A stretch of DNA of 63,932 nt, filler included, from Choristocarpus tenellus KU-1152 (Eukaryota > Protista > Phaeophyceae), in the NCBI GenBank assembly GCA_964200185.2. It is 13 parts of 13 records of this genome, joined end to end, with 100 filler letters (N's around TTAATTAATTAA, not from the genome) between each part and the next. Parts side by side here need not be neighbours in the genome. Positions count along the whole stretch, not along the records: positions 12,407 to 17,434 come from CAXNAD020012117.1; positions 17,535 to 22,194 come from CAXNAD020013577.1; positions 22,295 to 30,632 come from CAXNAD020004840.1; 10 more parts are not named here. The stretch is one strand, 5' to 3'. Both the position numbers and the translations under genes were made by a program. The notes below the pieces were generated by a model. That model searched no databases. It had not been told where the DNA came from and saw only the letters and a program-made list of their open reading frames with translations. This document shows positions 13,325-25,700 of this stretch, piece after piece (position 1 is the stretch's first letter; every line of letters starts with the position of its first letter).

Positions 13325-14217
13325 TTACGTGTTATAGAAGTGTGAATGCGAGACAGCCACACACACACAAACGTATTTTAATTAATTATACAACGTTGAT
13401 ATGCTAAGTGCCAGAGTAGAAACATTTTTCTAATACCTGGAAAAAACACTTCGGAAGTTCAAACCCCTTCGACGCCACACATTTATTACGGAGATTTCTT
13501 CGGCACTACCTCTAATCCCCAAAACTCCATACATTTGGATTACTTTTAGCAAAACTCGTTCCCTATACAACGAATTATTTGATCAGACCCGATTTCACCA
13601 TCGATAAGAGCGCACTCTCATTGGCCTATAAAAGAGAGCAGATCAGGGATGCAAAGGAGGGTTAAAACAAGACGTAAACTTTGAGTTTTCGGTCAGAGAC
13701 CCTCCAACCTGTCACTTGTCTCGCCCAGTTGATCAGAAGACACCTGAGATTGCCAAGAGAACGTTTCTGAAGGTTAGTGAAAAGAGAGCATGGGTCATGG
13801 AGCTCCTTCATGGGAGCAAAGATGGGTCCTTGATCCAGCGTAATCAGGCAAGTCACAGAGATGGTTGACATCAGCTGGAAGGTGATGGCGAGAATAGTGA
13901 AGTCATGTAAAGACTAGAAAGATGCTGGTGTTGTGGATCCCAATATAGAGCCATGGTGGAGTGGGAATTCGGGTCGAAAGGGTATTAACATTGAGTCAAA
14001 CTGAGAGGTATGCAGGGCAAAAATATGTCATTTTGTACGATTGCAGAAAGAGCCTTTGCTGAATTTTGGTTTTACTTTGTTTGTGTAAAGGGGGGATATC
14101 AATCTTGCGTGCACTATTGTGCATATATATTTAGCAATGAAATTAAGTGTATTTGCACAGTGTAAGAAAGATTACTTGGAATGAGGTTCAAAACTCGCCG
14201 TTGGGCATGGTCTTGTG

Positions 14218-15640
14218 TTAGGATTGTGAAGGTCTTAGAAGGCATGATAAACATCCAACTGTAGTAGGGTATAGTTTTTCATTGCTTCTGTTTTTGTTAC
14301 TTAGTCTGACAACTATCCAACTTAGAACTTTTCTTTGTACTACATTGCCATTTGCTAAGGTCTGACAAGGGCACATTGTTACTGCTCGATCTGAGTGTTG
14401 GAAACCTGACAGAAGGTGCCCATAGTGACAATGGGGATGGTTGGAAGCATTGACCTTTTGTATGCTCTGGTGTTGTCTACAAAATGTTGCTCCTAAAATA
14501 GTTTCGTAAGGCAGCCCCATCACTATCCTAAATGCCACATTGCGCACTTTATCCTCTGAGGGAAACACTATTGGAAGTTTGCATGACCCTAATACCTCCA
14601 TCGGTGGAATATTGTACCCTCTAGGGTTTGCTGCATATAAGGTACCTTTGGCTGCTATGTTGAGCTGTGGTAAGCAATTTTCACCCCCTCAAAGAGCAGT
14701 ACTGTGCCAAAAAAACAGACGAGGCGTAATTCCCCCCTCCTACACCTGTCTCAAGAAGTACCTGGACTAGCATTCTCGAGTGGACTCTGCATGGGTGGCA
14801 TAGCATGGCAGAGGCCGATACTTGACGAGTACAATGGGCCAGTGTCATGGCGAATATTGTCGAGGTGGAAATGGGAGTCTTAATGTGTACAGTTGGAATG
14901 ACATGAATTGCTGGAGCCTCAGAATCCACAGCGCAACTTCAAGACGACTCTGCAGAATCCGAATCGGTTGGGTTTCTCGCGAATAGTGGAGGGAGTTTCG
15001 AGTCTTGCACCGCTGCTAGGTACTGAAGATGTGTACCTGTTAAGGCTACCATCGTACGCGACTCTACAGTGGATTGAATACCCGGAGGTCGTTGGTGGGT
15101 TCTCGAAAGGTATGAGAGGATTCCCCTGGGGACTACCGGGTCATCTTTTGTATACCTGCACTCTTCAGGTATGGATGTGAAGCAGTCTTAACCACAGGGA
15201 TGATGAAAGCAAACTCGGTGTGCCCTTAGCCAAGTATCAACTTCGTCCTGGGAGGCAGATGATAGAGTTAAGCCTTTGCCCGAATGGTGCCATCTGTGGC
15301 TAGAGCAAGTGGGGATCAAACCACAGGCTGGGGAACGGATGTGACTGATCGAACGGGTTTTGATGTATTGCTTTTTTGGAAAGAACGAGGTATCGTGTTT
15401 GCCGGGAACGGAGGAAAGTTCGGTATCTAAGGCAGCACAGACAGCCGGCAAGGAGTTCTGGGTTAAAACAGGTTGAAGCATCGGTGCAAGGGCTGCTAGT
15501 ACACGGTTGACAACCTCTCCATATGACAGTGAAGTTTGGCTTGATACCTATTCGTGCATGGACGTCGTGTTGTGGCGACATAGCCCCAGTTTCTCCCTGA
15601 CGATCGGGGTTTCGGCTGAGGCAGCGACAGGGTGTGACAT
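14218..15640 (-). mobile_element. Ty3/Gypsy-like gag-protease remnant
   Basis: VQVLLETG (decayed DTG protease site) then VLGSCKLPIVF...VAFRIVMGLPYETILGATF, the usual retroviral-protease C-terminal pattern; frameshifted. Confidence 0.65.
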
Positions 15641-15644
15641 GCTA

Positions 15645-17216
15645 AAGTGGTACCAGTTGCTTCGCTCTCTGGGGTTGTTCCATCATAACTTTTGATGAAA
15701 ACATTGGATTTAAAAAACAAAAGGATATTCGTGATGCCCGTCACAGTGCCCTCCAGAGTACAGGCTTCGTTTTTCTTCTTAACCAATTTTTTCAATTTTT
15801 GAAGAAAGATCGTTCATATTGGGGTTTGAACCCTGGATCATAGGTCACCAAGAGTGGGAACAGATACACTATTATTTGATTAAAGTATAGGGTTTAGGGA
15901 GGAAAAGAGCCTCCCCACCCTTTCTTTCTGTATGTTTGCGCACCCACCCTTTGTCTTCGACAAGGATGTCCTCGTCGAGGCCCAGAACGAAACGCCTCTC
16001 GTCACGCTCTTGCTCCGACACCTTGATGTGGCCCTTAGTTAGGAAGTCTCTCTACCATTTACTCACAGTTTCCGACTTGACCATCACATATCCTGCTGCC
16101 ATCTCAAGCGCTGTTTGACGGTCTTTCCTGTCGTTCATACATAATGTTCACAGTGTTAGAGCCTTTACTATCATATTTCCTCGTCGAGCGCAGGAAATTG
16201 GATATCTTCTTTCAGGATTCGGAGTCCTTGTAGCCCAACCCTAGCACCTTCTTTCTTGTTTCCTTGAGCCACTCTGGCTCGCATAGCTTCCAAACAGCTA
16301 GGGCCTGCTGCAACTATTGACTACTAAGATATTCTACACCCGGGTTTTCGTTTAGGCGTTTCCTGAGCGCAATGGCACGCAATAGCACTGCTCTCCTTCC
16401 CAACCTTCCCTTCAGCAGGTCACTCTGGTTCTCCCTTCACCCGCCGCGACCAGACTTCCCCACAGACCTCGTCACTGTACCTCCTGGTGATGGACTCGCC
16501 GCTCTCTTCCTGTTTTCCCAAGGTGGCAGAGACTGCAGAGCAGTTCTCCGATGTGATTGAAGACCCAACCACTTTTTGTGGTAATGCTTTCAATGCATCT
16601 TCTCTCAGCATCAATGTCGCGACTGCGTAATCCATTTCACGATTTGATCATGCTGCTGCACCACACTACACCCACTTTCTCGTCATCTAACATTGCACTA
16701 AGTGTCACACGGTACTTGCTTTCCGTTGCCTCTCGACAGAGAAGGTGCCAAGGGTAGACCCAGGCAGCAGAGTGGCCTCGGCGACTCTTCTTGTCGCACC
16801 ATCGCGGCTCATGTTGCTGTGTGCGTTACGTGTGCGTGTGCTCACAGAGAGTCTGCAAAAGGCGTTAAAAAGATTTCCAGAAATCTTGAATTTTTTTCAG
16901 TATCCACACACCGGCCCAACTTGAGCAGCGACCTACCCCGAACGAGTTATCTGCAAGGAGTTCAGCCAACCGCTTCATTTTTATCCGTTTTGAAGTCGTG
17001 ACCAATTATGCCGGAGATGCTCCCCCGCACTTTTGCCATTATTTGATCGGGATATAGCTCCCGATCCCCGAAGCTCGGACATTTGTGGATACAAACCTTC
17101 AAACCCTCTTGTCATACCATTTAATTTGATATGTTTATTGTTGTATATCTTTTGTGTGGTTATTATGGTGAAAAAATTCAAGATTGCTACAGAGGGCGAA
17201 GCTACTGGTACCACCT
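15645..17216 (-). mobile_element. TA-flanked Tc1/mariner/IS630-like non-autonomous transposon, copy B with both TIRs
   Basis: TA|AAGTGGTACCAGTTGCTTCGCTCTCTG ... CAGAGGGCGAAGCTACTGGTACCACCT|TA; decayed minus-strand ORF homologous to 62696-63798. Confidence 0.85.
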
Positions 17217-17662
17217 TATCAAACGTACCAAATGCATCTACCTTGTTACCCAAAAACAGTCTTCTCCTTGTTAAAACATAGGCTACTCATTTGTTCCTTG
17301 TTGATATGATACATATCTACCAGCTTGTACTGACTGTTGATTGGTGCACTGCACTGGTTGTTAGTGTTCATTTATTTATTGCGCATTCCAACTCATCATC
17401 ACATACATCGATGACAGTAGATAGAAGTATAGCANNNNNNNNNNNNNNNNNNNNNNNNNNNNNNNNNNNNNNNNNNNNTTAATTAATTAANNNNNNNNNN
17501 NNNNNNNNNNNNNNNNNNNNNNNNNNNNNNNNNNGGGGGGGGGGGGGGGGGGGGGGTGGGGGGGTCAGGCAGCACAAGATTGAAGTAGGAACAAAAGATG
17601 CCCTCATCCCACATAGAGAAGGTAAGGGCACTACCTGCGCCGGACACATTCGTTTCACTCAC

Positions 17663-19167
17663 CAGGTCAAGTGCACAAGCAAAGCCCCCATCCGCCGCCT
17701 CCCAGGTTTCTGATCCAGCAGGGGGATCTCCACGCAGTGCAACAATGTTTCTAATGCCGTTGGTCTATGGAGAGTAGGTGGATATGAAGAGCAAAAAGAG
17801 AAATTAGCGAGAGAGAGAGAGGATATTATATTGATGGGGGTGGATGATGAGAAGGAGGGTGAGGTAGAGGGTTTCTCCCTAGAGCAACTGAAGCTTGACT
17901 CAGTGTGAGTTTTTCACACTCTGTTACAGTGCATACTCGTGAACACAACAAAATGCGACTTCCAAGTAGAAAAATATCAAAGGCGGCATGGTCTATCTCA
18001 TGGTGCATGTGGAGGGACAATTGAAAAGGAGTAACAGACTCAACCTAACAAAAAAAATGATGAAGAGGGTCAACAGTTGTAACAGTGGTTTGAGTTCGAA
18101 CCGTGGTTTCTGATAGTACGAGGCGAAGCTCGGCTTTTAAAAACTGTGTTTCTGTAGGTGAATTAGGACAGCCCACCTCGGAGCGGAGATCAGAGATCTT
18201 GAAAAAAGAACAACATACCACTGACTATTTTGAAACGTAAGAAATAGATAGGAAAGGTAAGCCCACTATGTAATTTGGCAACCGACTCATCCATCTGGAA
18301 ATTGAAACCAGTCACACTGGTTGAGGGTCAAAACGCAGAGGGGTGTGAACGGACGGACTCTTTTCCCACCCATTATGGCAGGATATAATAACTACTTCAG
18401 GTTCCGACAAGGTTAGGCAGAGAGTACTCAATGAAAGAATGTCCAAATAGACCAATAGTACAGCGCAGAAAGCGTAGGTGTCCTCGAAGCACAGTGCGAT
18501 CTGTAGCTCCCATGCTCACAGACGGGAATAAGCCAGCGGCAAGTACAACGTAAGACGATGGAAAGCAGGGGGGCGTCCTCCACCTACCTTGCACTGGTCA
18601 AGCGCGTTGTCTATCTTGTCAGCGGGCATGTTCGTGCAGGTGAGGTGCATATTCGGCACCAATCCAAACTTCTCCTTTGCGCTGAGAGTGAGTTCTAGGG
18701 TTAAATCGGCTGTGCTTCCCCCGGCCCCCCAGGTGAAATCCACAAACAGGGGACTAGTTGCTTTCATCCGATCAAGGCGGTCCATTAGGTTCTTAACACC
18801 CTGTATGAGATCACAAGGGTGACGATCGCGTTGAAGAAAACGAGAGGAAAGGCTGCAGGAATTTCATTAGAAGGGAAGCAACCTGGAAGCATGTTGCCCA
18901 ACCTTGACCATCACTATACTTCCGGTATCAACATAAAATGATATATCATGGGATTCCACAGCAAAGGATGCCTACATCTTTCTGAACAGTGTGTTGACCA
19001 TGCAATTTTAAGACCCAATGATAAATCATTTAACCCACCGCTGGCGTACGGGGGGGGAAGAACTCGAGGGACTGGAACGGTGCCACGTTCTCCCCTTCCG
19101 AGTTGAACGCATCCTTCAATTGCGCGTGGATGAGATCGATGATCTTCGGGTTCTGGTCAGTCGACAT
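17663..19167 (-). CDS. MTHFR: Methylenetetrahydrofolate reductase, first three exons
   Basis: Phase-0 exons 19167-19039 (M...[11 protein letters not shown]), 18800-18588 ([12 protein letters not shown]...[12 protein letters not shown]...MHLTCTNM) and 17764-17663 ([13 protein letters not shown]); all are canonical MTHFR motifs with GT-AG sites. Confidence 0.97.
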
Positions 19168-20339
19168 TCTGATAGTGTCTGAGCTTTGTTTCAAGTACAA
19201 AGAGCAGTATCAACCAACGGTGCTCGAGAGAGGTCTAACTGAAACAGAAAGTCTTTCCTCTAATCTCAAGCTACACAATGTGCATAGGAGGTAGAAAGTA
19301 GGTTAGCTGCAACAGATAACTACTTTTGGAGGAAGGTAGCAAGTAACGACGTAGGCAGTGGTCGTAAGTATGATGTAGTAGGTGGATTGATTGTTGACAA
19401 CTTTGTCTCTTATTTCTGTACCACTATTTTTTTTATTGGCTTGCGTTAATATTTTCATATATCCTTGGCCTTCCGCGATTTATGAACGCCGTTCTACTAA
19501 TTGTCGGACCCTCACTTCACTTCCACTGCACCAACTCATTCAACTCAAACTCAACCTTGTACGAAAAAACAACACTGACGACAACAATAATATTGTGTAG
19601 TTACAACAAATATTAGTAATACCAGGAATAGTTTTTCCGTGGCTCATACATTTCTTGAGGACATAATAATAATATTTTTTATGAGAAACAAAAAGGTATG
19701 TGACGTGGGTAAATGCTCGTATTAATTACACACACTTGTTGGACAGAGGTTGGTTCGTCATCTCCAGAATATGACGAAAGAAGCAGACACGAAGAGAGAC
19801 AGGGTCAGAGGGTATTAGTGTATTTCGTAGTGGTATGGAGTGAAGGGATATTGAAGTTGTATTGGTGATGTTGTTTTGAGTAAGATATGACGCCTGTATT
19901 ATTTTTTATATTGGGATAAGATCTATATTTTATCACGTCCTCCATTTTATGTTGAAATATTAATCAAATTATTATTGATTGATGATGTGTGCGTCATCAT
20001 TACAAAGTGTAGAACACCTTGCGTAAGCACTATCAACATCCTTACAACTATTATAGCATTAACACTATGCCCTTGCCAACATTCGCCACGTCCCCCACAG
20101 TCCTCGACCTCTTCTTCTTTCTGCCCAGAAGGTAACATAACATCCTCTTGTGTGCTACAGACTCCAGTCCCAACCCTGTCCCAGTACCACCAGCATTGTT
20201 CAAGAAACGATGATGACCCCCAGCACTCTTCAGAAGGTTGGTACATGTTACTAATCCCTTGGGGTTTTTTGTCAATATCTCTACTATTATTATCTTACGT
20301 GTACGAAATGTGCTTTTCCGTATTATGATATAAGGGCTC

Positions 20340-22194
20340 CTCAACTCCTGGTCCCTCTCCTCCCGCCTAGGCTATCTTACGAGGGTCACTCCCCCCCTCC
20401 TGGCACGCTCCACCATGGAGCAAGCAGATAACACCTCATTATGGACGGTAGAGGAGATAATGGAGGTAGCAGACTCAACAGAGGCGACGGATTTCTTTGA
20501 GGGAGGGTGCAATAATGGGTCTCTCCGCCTAGAGACCCAACAAAAAGTACAGGCACAGATGCCCAAAAGTGCGAGGGGTCTGGGCCTCTCCTCTATGAAA
20601 CATCGCCAACATGTGGCCTTCATAGGATCACTGGTAGCTACTCTCCCCACCCTCCTAGCAAGGCAGCAAGGGCCTCATGGCAAGTCCTTATCACAAGCTG
20701 TTTGCACAAGCCCCACAATACAGGCTTTAGAACCATTCACACCCTCCTTGCTACAGGCATCCCCTCAGAAGATCTGGTAGAAATCATTGGGCAAGACTGG
20801 GTAACCTGGGGGGGAACAACATCCCCTGCACCTACCCCAGAGGTCCACATCCTGGCAGCCCATGACGCCAGATCACGAGGAGGGCTCAACATGAGATCAC
20901 ACGCCTCCTGAACAGGATCCGTCTCGATTCCTTCCAGACACAATTAGCCAGCCTACCTAGTGAAGTGCACCAGGGGAAGGAGAGCTCCTCATTAGCTCTA
21001 GCACACCACCGAAGTCAGTGTGGACAAGGGGCAAACGCATGGACCTCAACACCACCCCTGAAGCCAGCATGCCAGATTCCCCCTCTAGAATTAAAGGGTA
21101 CAGCCAGAAGATCCCTAGGGAGGGAGGAGGCCCTCTGAAATAGTTGCCCAGTGGCGGGGTGTAGGAGGTAAAATGTCAACACCAGATACGCCCGTATCTT
21201 CCCCAGAGCAGGAGGACAGGTTCGACAGCTTACCCCCATGGTGAAACACCTAAGCCAATTACGTAAGGGAATGGGCATCCCTTGCAATATGGAGGACGGC
21301 AACCCCTTCACGGTGGACAGAAATCTACGCATGGATCTAGTTTTCCATGCAGGGGCACTGGCGGACGCTGTGACAGCTCCCTACCAGAGTGAAGGTATCT
21401 TAGAGGGTACGAGTTTTGCCCTGTTTGTCCGTTTGGGGTTTTGCTTCTAACGAGCTTTATCATCACATTTTCCTATTCCGGAATATTTCAGGGTAGGTAA
21501 AATGTGTCGTTTTGGAGTAGGTATCATGTATGTGTCCGGAAATTACTACATAAAAAACGCAACATTGGATATTTTGGGCCCCAAATGAATGCGGCTCTAC
21601 CCTCTAAGATACTTTCGCTCGCCAGGACAAAGGCCTTCTACTTGATGCTACATTGGCAGAAGTGCAAGCCACCTCCCATCTTTAACACTCATCCGCCAGC
21701 AATGGTGTAGCTACTGCTTTTGTTATTGCACTGTGTCACTTTTCCTTTTCCTTTGCTATTACAATGATTAACATCCAGCGCTATGATATTGCAGTTGAGG
21801 TCCTTGAGCAGCTGTACAGGGCTGCTGGGTACCCGACAGCGACAGCATTCCCCGCTTTCAACAAAAAAAGAAGAGCATGCAATCATTCAAACAGTCTCTC
21901 AGATGGTGAAGTAGTTATAACCTCAACACCTTTGCAGTGGAAAGTTTTGAGCGCCTCGGCAAGCAAGTAGAATGCTTCCTGAATGAGCTGGCTACACACA
22001 TGGTAGGTGGGAGAGACACTGGAGGATATAGCAGGAAAGGAGCGTTAAATCCCGGCTACGGCAAATTGTCTCATTAACTACACAACTGGCACTATCTAGA
22101 CGTGTCATGCTTTCTAAGCTGGAGTCACTAGGGAGATGGGCACGGTGGGATTTGTTGGATTCTTGGGATGCCTCCCTAGCTCCTCACCCTGAGG
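20340..22194 (+). mobile_element. Degenerate RLE-type (CRE/R2-like) non-LTR retrotransposon 3' part
   Basis: AQMPKSARGLGLSS...AFIGS, then EDGNPFTVDRNLRMDLV...LLLD and FAVESFERLG...FLNELA motifs; interrupted by a MITE at 21387-21620. Confidence 0.8.
21387..21620 (+). mobile_element. MITE family 2 (GAG-ended TIR), full copy
   Basis: GAGTGAAGGTATCTTAGAGGGTA ... TACCCTCTAAGATACTTTCGCTC; flanks ACCA/GCCA. Confidence 0.85.
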
Positions 22195-22294
22195 NNNNNN
22201 NNNNNNNNNNNNNNNNNNNNNNNNNNNNNNNNNNNNNNTTAATTAATTAANNNNNNNNNNNNNNNNNNNNNNNNNNNNNNNNNNNNNNNNNNNN

Positions 22295-22502
22295 CCCCCC
22301 CAGATACTTTAAGACATTTTGGTTATCATGTTTGTTAGGAGATGTACATATCCTTGTTCAGGACACACCTTTTCATAATGTATGCACTTTACCTACTCCG
22401 AAGCATTTTGGAGTTGATAAAATGTCATTCAAAACCTGTGGGAATCCAAGTCCCAAATGAACAAACAGGGAAAAACTCGTACCCTCTAAGATACTTTCAC
22501 TC
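22295..22502 (-). mobile_element. MITE family 1 end (22295-22315) abutting a partial family 2 copy (22316-22502)
   Basis: C-tract-AGATACTTTAAGAC followed by family 2 interior ending CCCTCTAAGATACTTTCACTC. Confidence 0.8.
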
Positions 22503-22767
22503 AGAGCTGATACATTACATACACTCAATACACTTAGAGACATTTATCTAAAAACATGCTGGGCAGTTATTTAGCCCTCTCTGGATTTACCTCTCTGTAG
22601 ACATTTGAAAAGCACATTGCAGTTTCTATTTTTCTTATGATATGGCCCAGGTTGTGGAAGTAGTCCCAAAACTTGATTGTGTGGAGGCAGCTTGATCACA
22701 TACCTAGCAGTATATTTCGAAACTAATCCTAACCCAAATTCTAATGCAGCGCCAATACTCTCCTAAC

Positions 22768-25700
22768 CTGTTGAGGTCGTTAACAAAGTTGAAGAGGCTG
22801 AAGTTCTTCTCTTCTGCCTCCAAAAAGTTGTTGACGATGTCAGACACATTATCCAAACCAGTCGATTCCTTGATCTGTGGCACAGAGTGTTGCGGTGACC
22901 AAAGGAAAGGTTAGGGTTAGGGGTAGTGCTGAGGGAAGGTATGTGAAAATGATATGTTGTTTCAAATGTAGGTGGCCAAACAGATTATCCATCACACAAG
23001 AGGTTGAAACCCTCTTTACAGACTGCTCAAGCCCTCTGTTGCCCAATGCATATATTGCCAGGGTCTCCGTACTCGGTAGAAAAACCGCCGTGTACTCTGG
23101 TCAGCATCTGTGTACCACTTGCTTAATTAACTACATTGCACAGTTTACTTGAGTGATAACTCTAAATGAACACAGCACAGATGAAGTAAACCACCCCTGT
23201 CACTCTCTGTTGGTAGTTATATTATTTCTGTCCTAGCATATCTGTGCCAGAAAAATATACTTGTTGTAGCTGGGTGGATGATTTAAGCATCTGACACCTT
23301 CCAACTTTAATCCGAGAGTAAACAAGCCTTTTTTTTTACATAAGCAAGTAATTGAGTTACGTATGTCCAACAAATATTTCTGTTGGCACTATGGTCTATG
23401 AATATACGTAGCTCTTGTCCTCCTTCTAGTCCTCTTCTTCAAGCTGCTATTTTTGTCACTCAACAGACTCAAATCGGAATTCTTGCCTTATTGAATGCAG
23501 CCTCGTAGGACTGCTCCGGCTGGATGAAACTGGCCTGAGCCCGATCCTTGGCTCCAACCCAGTCATCTCCACCACTGGTGGCCTTCAACCGAGCTTCCTC
23601 TTCATTGATCATGCTGCCCTCAGCCCTACATATCACATGGGGCAGGTCATTGTCAATTTGGACTTGAAGGTGTGACAAGGTCAAGTGGGGATATGGAAGA
23701 AGGAGATAAGGAGCTAGAGTTATGGCTAAGTGCGGATATCAGAAATGGAGCATTAGAGTAATGGATTTTGGCTTTGGTTCGGCAAATTGAGGCACTCCAA
23801 AAGCTGTCAGAGACTACTGATTCATCTGGTGCTACATCTTCACATCTCATCTGAATGGTTCCATGACAACCTCCAGCAAAAAACAGTGTCTCCGTCACAT
23901 CCCCCGAAATTACCCTAGCCAATGAAGGCTCCAATGCTAGTGCTAGTTACCTGGAGCAACAAGGGATCCTTGAAATTCAGCATCCTTCTGAGGTTACCCA
24001 TGTGCAACCTTGTCATAACAGGCAGTGCAAAAACAAATCGTTTCTATGTAGTCCTTGCTCTATATGACCCACCTAAACCTTATCCCTTCTATACCTATTC
24101 ATATATATATTCTTCAAGCTAGCAGGTCTTGGCACAAACTCGATCAAAACGTGGCTCCACCTATGATAACCCAATCCAATGCTCAATGGACCCCATCCTT
24201 AAACCTCCAACCTGCTCGTTTTGACCATGTGCTGACCCCAGGACTAGCTTTCGAAAAGTAGTTGCTCTCTCCTTCAAACCTTCTGAGTGAAAGTATCTTA
24301 GAGGGTACGAGTTTTGCCCTGTTTGTCCATTTGGAGCTTGGGTTCCCATGTTTTTTTTGTAACATTTACCTACTCCAAAATGTTTCAGAGTAGGTAAAAT
24401 GTATATGTTATGAAGAGGTGTGTCTGGAACAAGGATACTGACACTTCCTAACAATCACGATAGCCAAAATTACATCAAAATCTCAACTTTGGATTTTGGA
24501 CCCAAATGGACACGGCCCTACCCTCTAAGATACTTTGGCTCTTCAGACAAATTTATATAAGAAGGGATTCACCTGGATTCTCTTGAACGCTCAAGTTGTC
24601 GTTGCCTGAGCGACTCTCTAAGTTTTCTGTCCAGCTCAATCAGTTTTCCTAGTTCCTTCCACTCATGCTCAAACTCTGCTCGGTCTTTCTCAGCCTAGAA
24701 ACAATTGTTGGAAATTAAGTTGAGTTAGTATGGCAAAGACTACGCAGCATTTTGGTCAAAGTTGAGACTCTGGACTGGATTTAGAGGTTGATCAAGGAAT
24801 GCCATGGTAGTGGAGTAGACAGTGTGAAGATGGCTAGCCCTAACCACAAGATTGAAAGGGTAGGAAAGGTTGTAGAAGAAATAGAAGAAACTCATTCGAA
24901 CAATTCAGGAAAACTAATAGGGAAATCCCTTTGGCGGACATGCTGCTTTTTGTACAATATCTCGACCCCAGTTTCCCCTACCACTTAAAAAAATGTTTCC
25001 AAAATCTGGATGCAACTTGAACTTATTCTAGAGTTAGCCCATGGTTGAACAGTAGACACATTGGGAAATGTTTGCCTTGATGCCCTGGCCTCCACCTCCA
25101 GCAACTGTGTTGGCCTCAACCTTCACTACCAGAGGTTTGGGGATGGAGGTTAGCCAGTTGTGTTTCTCCTTGCTGGCCTATTTCAGTAGTCCTCTGCAGC
25201 TCTAAAATCCCCCCATATGCTGGACCAAGTCACCTGTTGTCGGAGGGCAATCATCTCTCCCTGGGCCTTGTCTCGTGCATGGTAGGCATCATTGCTGTCG
25301 TTGATAATGGCTGCCATTTCCTGCCAAGAAGGGACATTTCTCAGCAACTCTGACCGTGGTACATGTGTAGGAAATATGTGACTTCTGGGGGTCGAGGCTA
25401 GGCACTGACTAGCTAGTCAAATATTCACTTGCATCGCACCAAAAATGAGCATTTTCAAGAAGATGAATTGCCGTGAAACATGCCTGGTGTGTTAACATTG
25501 TGCAACTTAACAGAACATATGGCCACTTCGGTTGTACTGCATGTATAGATGTATTTTTCAAATGTTGACACAATGCAGAATATAATATAAATACTGGATG
25601 GATATGTCGCATCCTGTCATGTCATGTCATGTGCATCAGAGCACCTTGTGTAGCCTCATAGCGTACATGAATAGGCCATGCACAAGCTAGTGCAGAAGTG

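Noticed and set aside
21238-21450. ORF reading ...PYQSEGILEG as intact endonuclease
   Set aside because: SEGIL onward is translated MITE TIR; the retrotransposon frame resumes after 21620.
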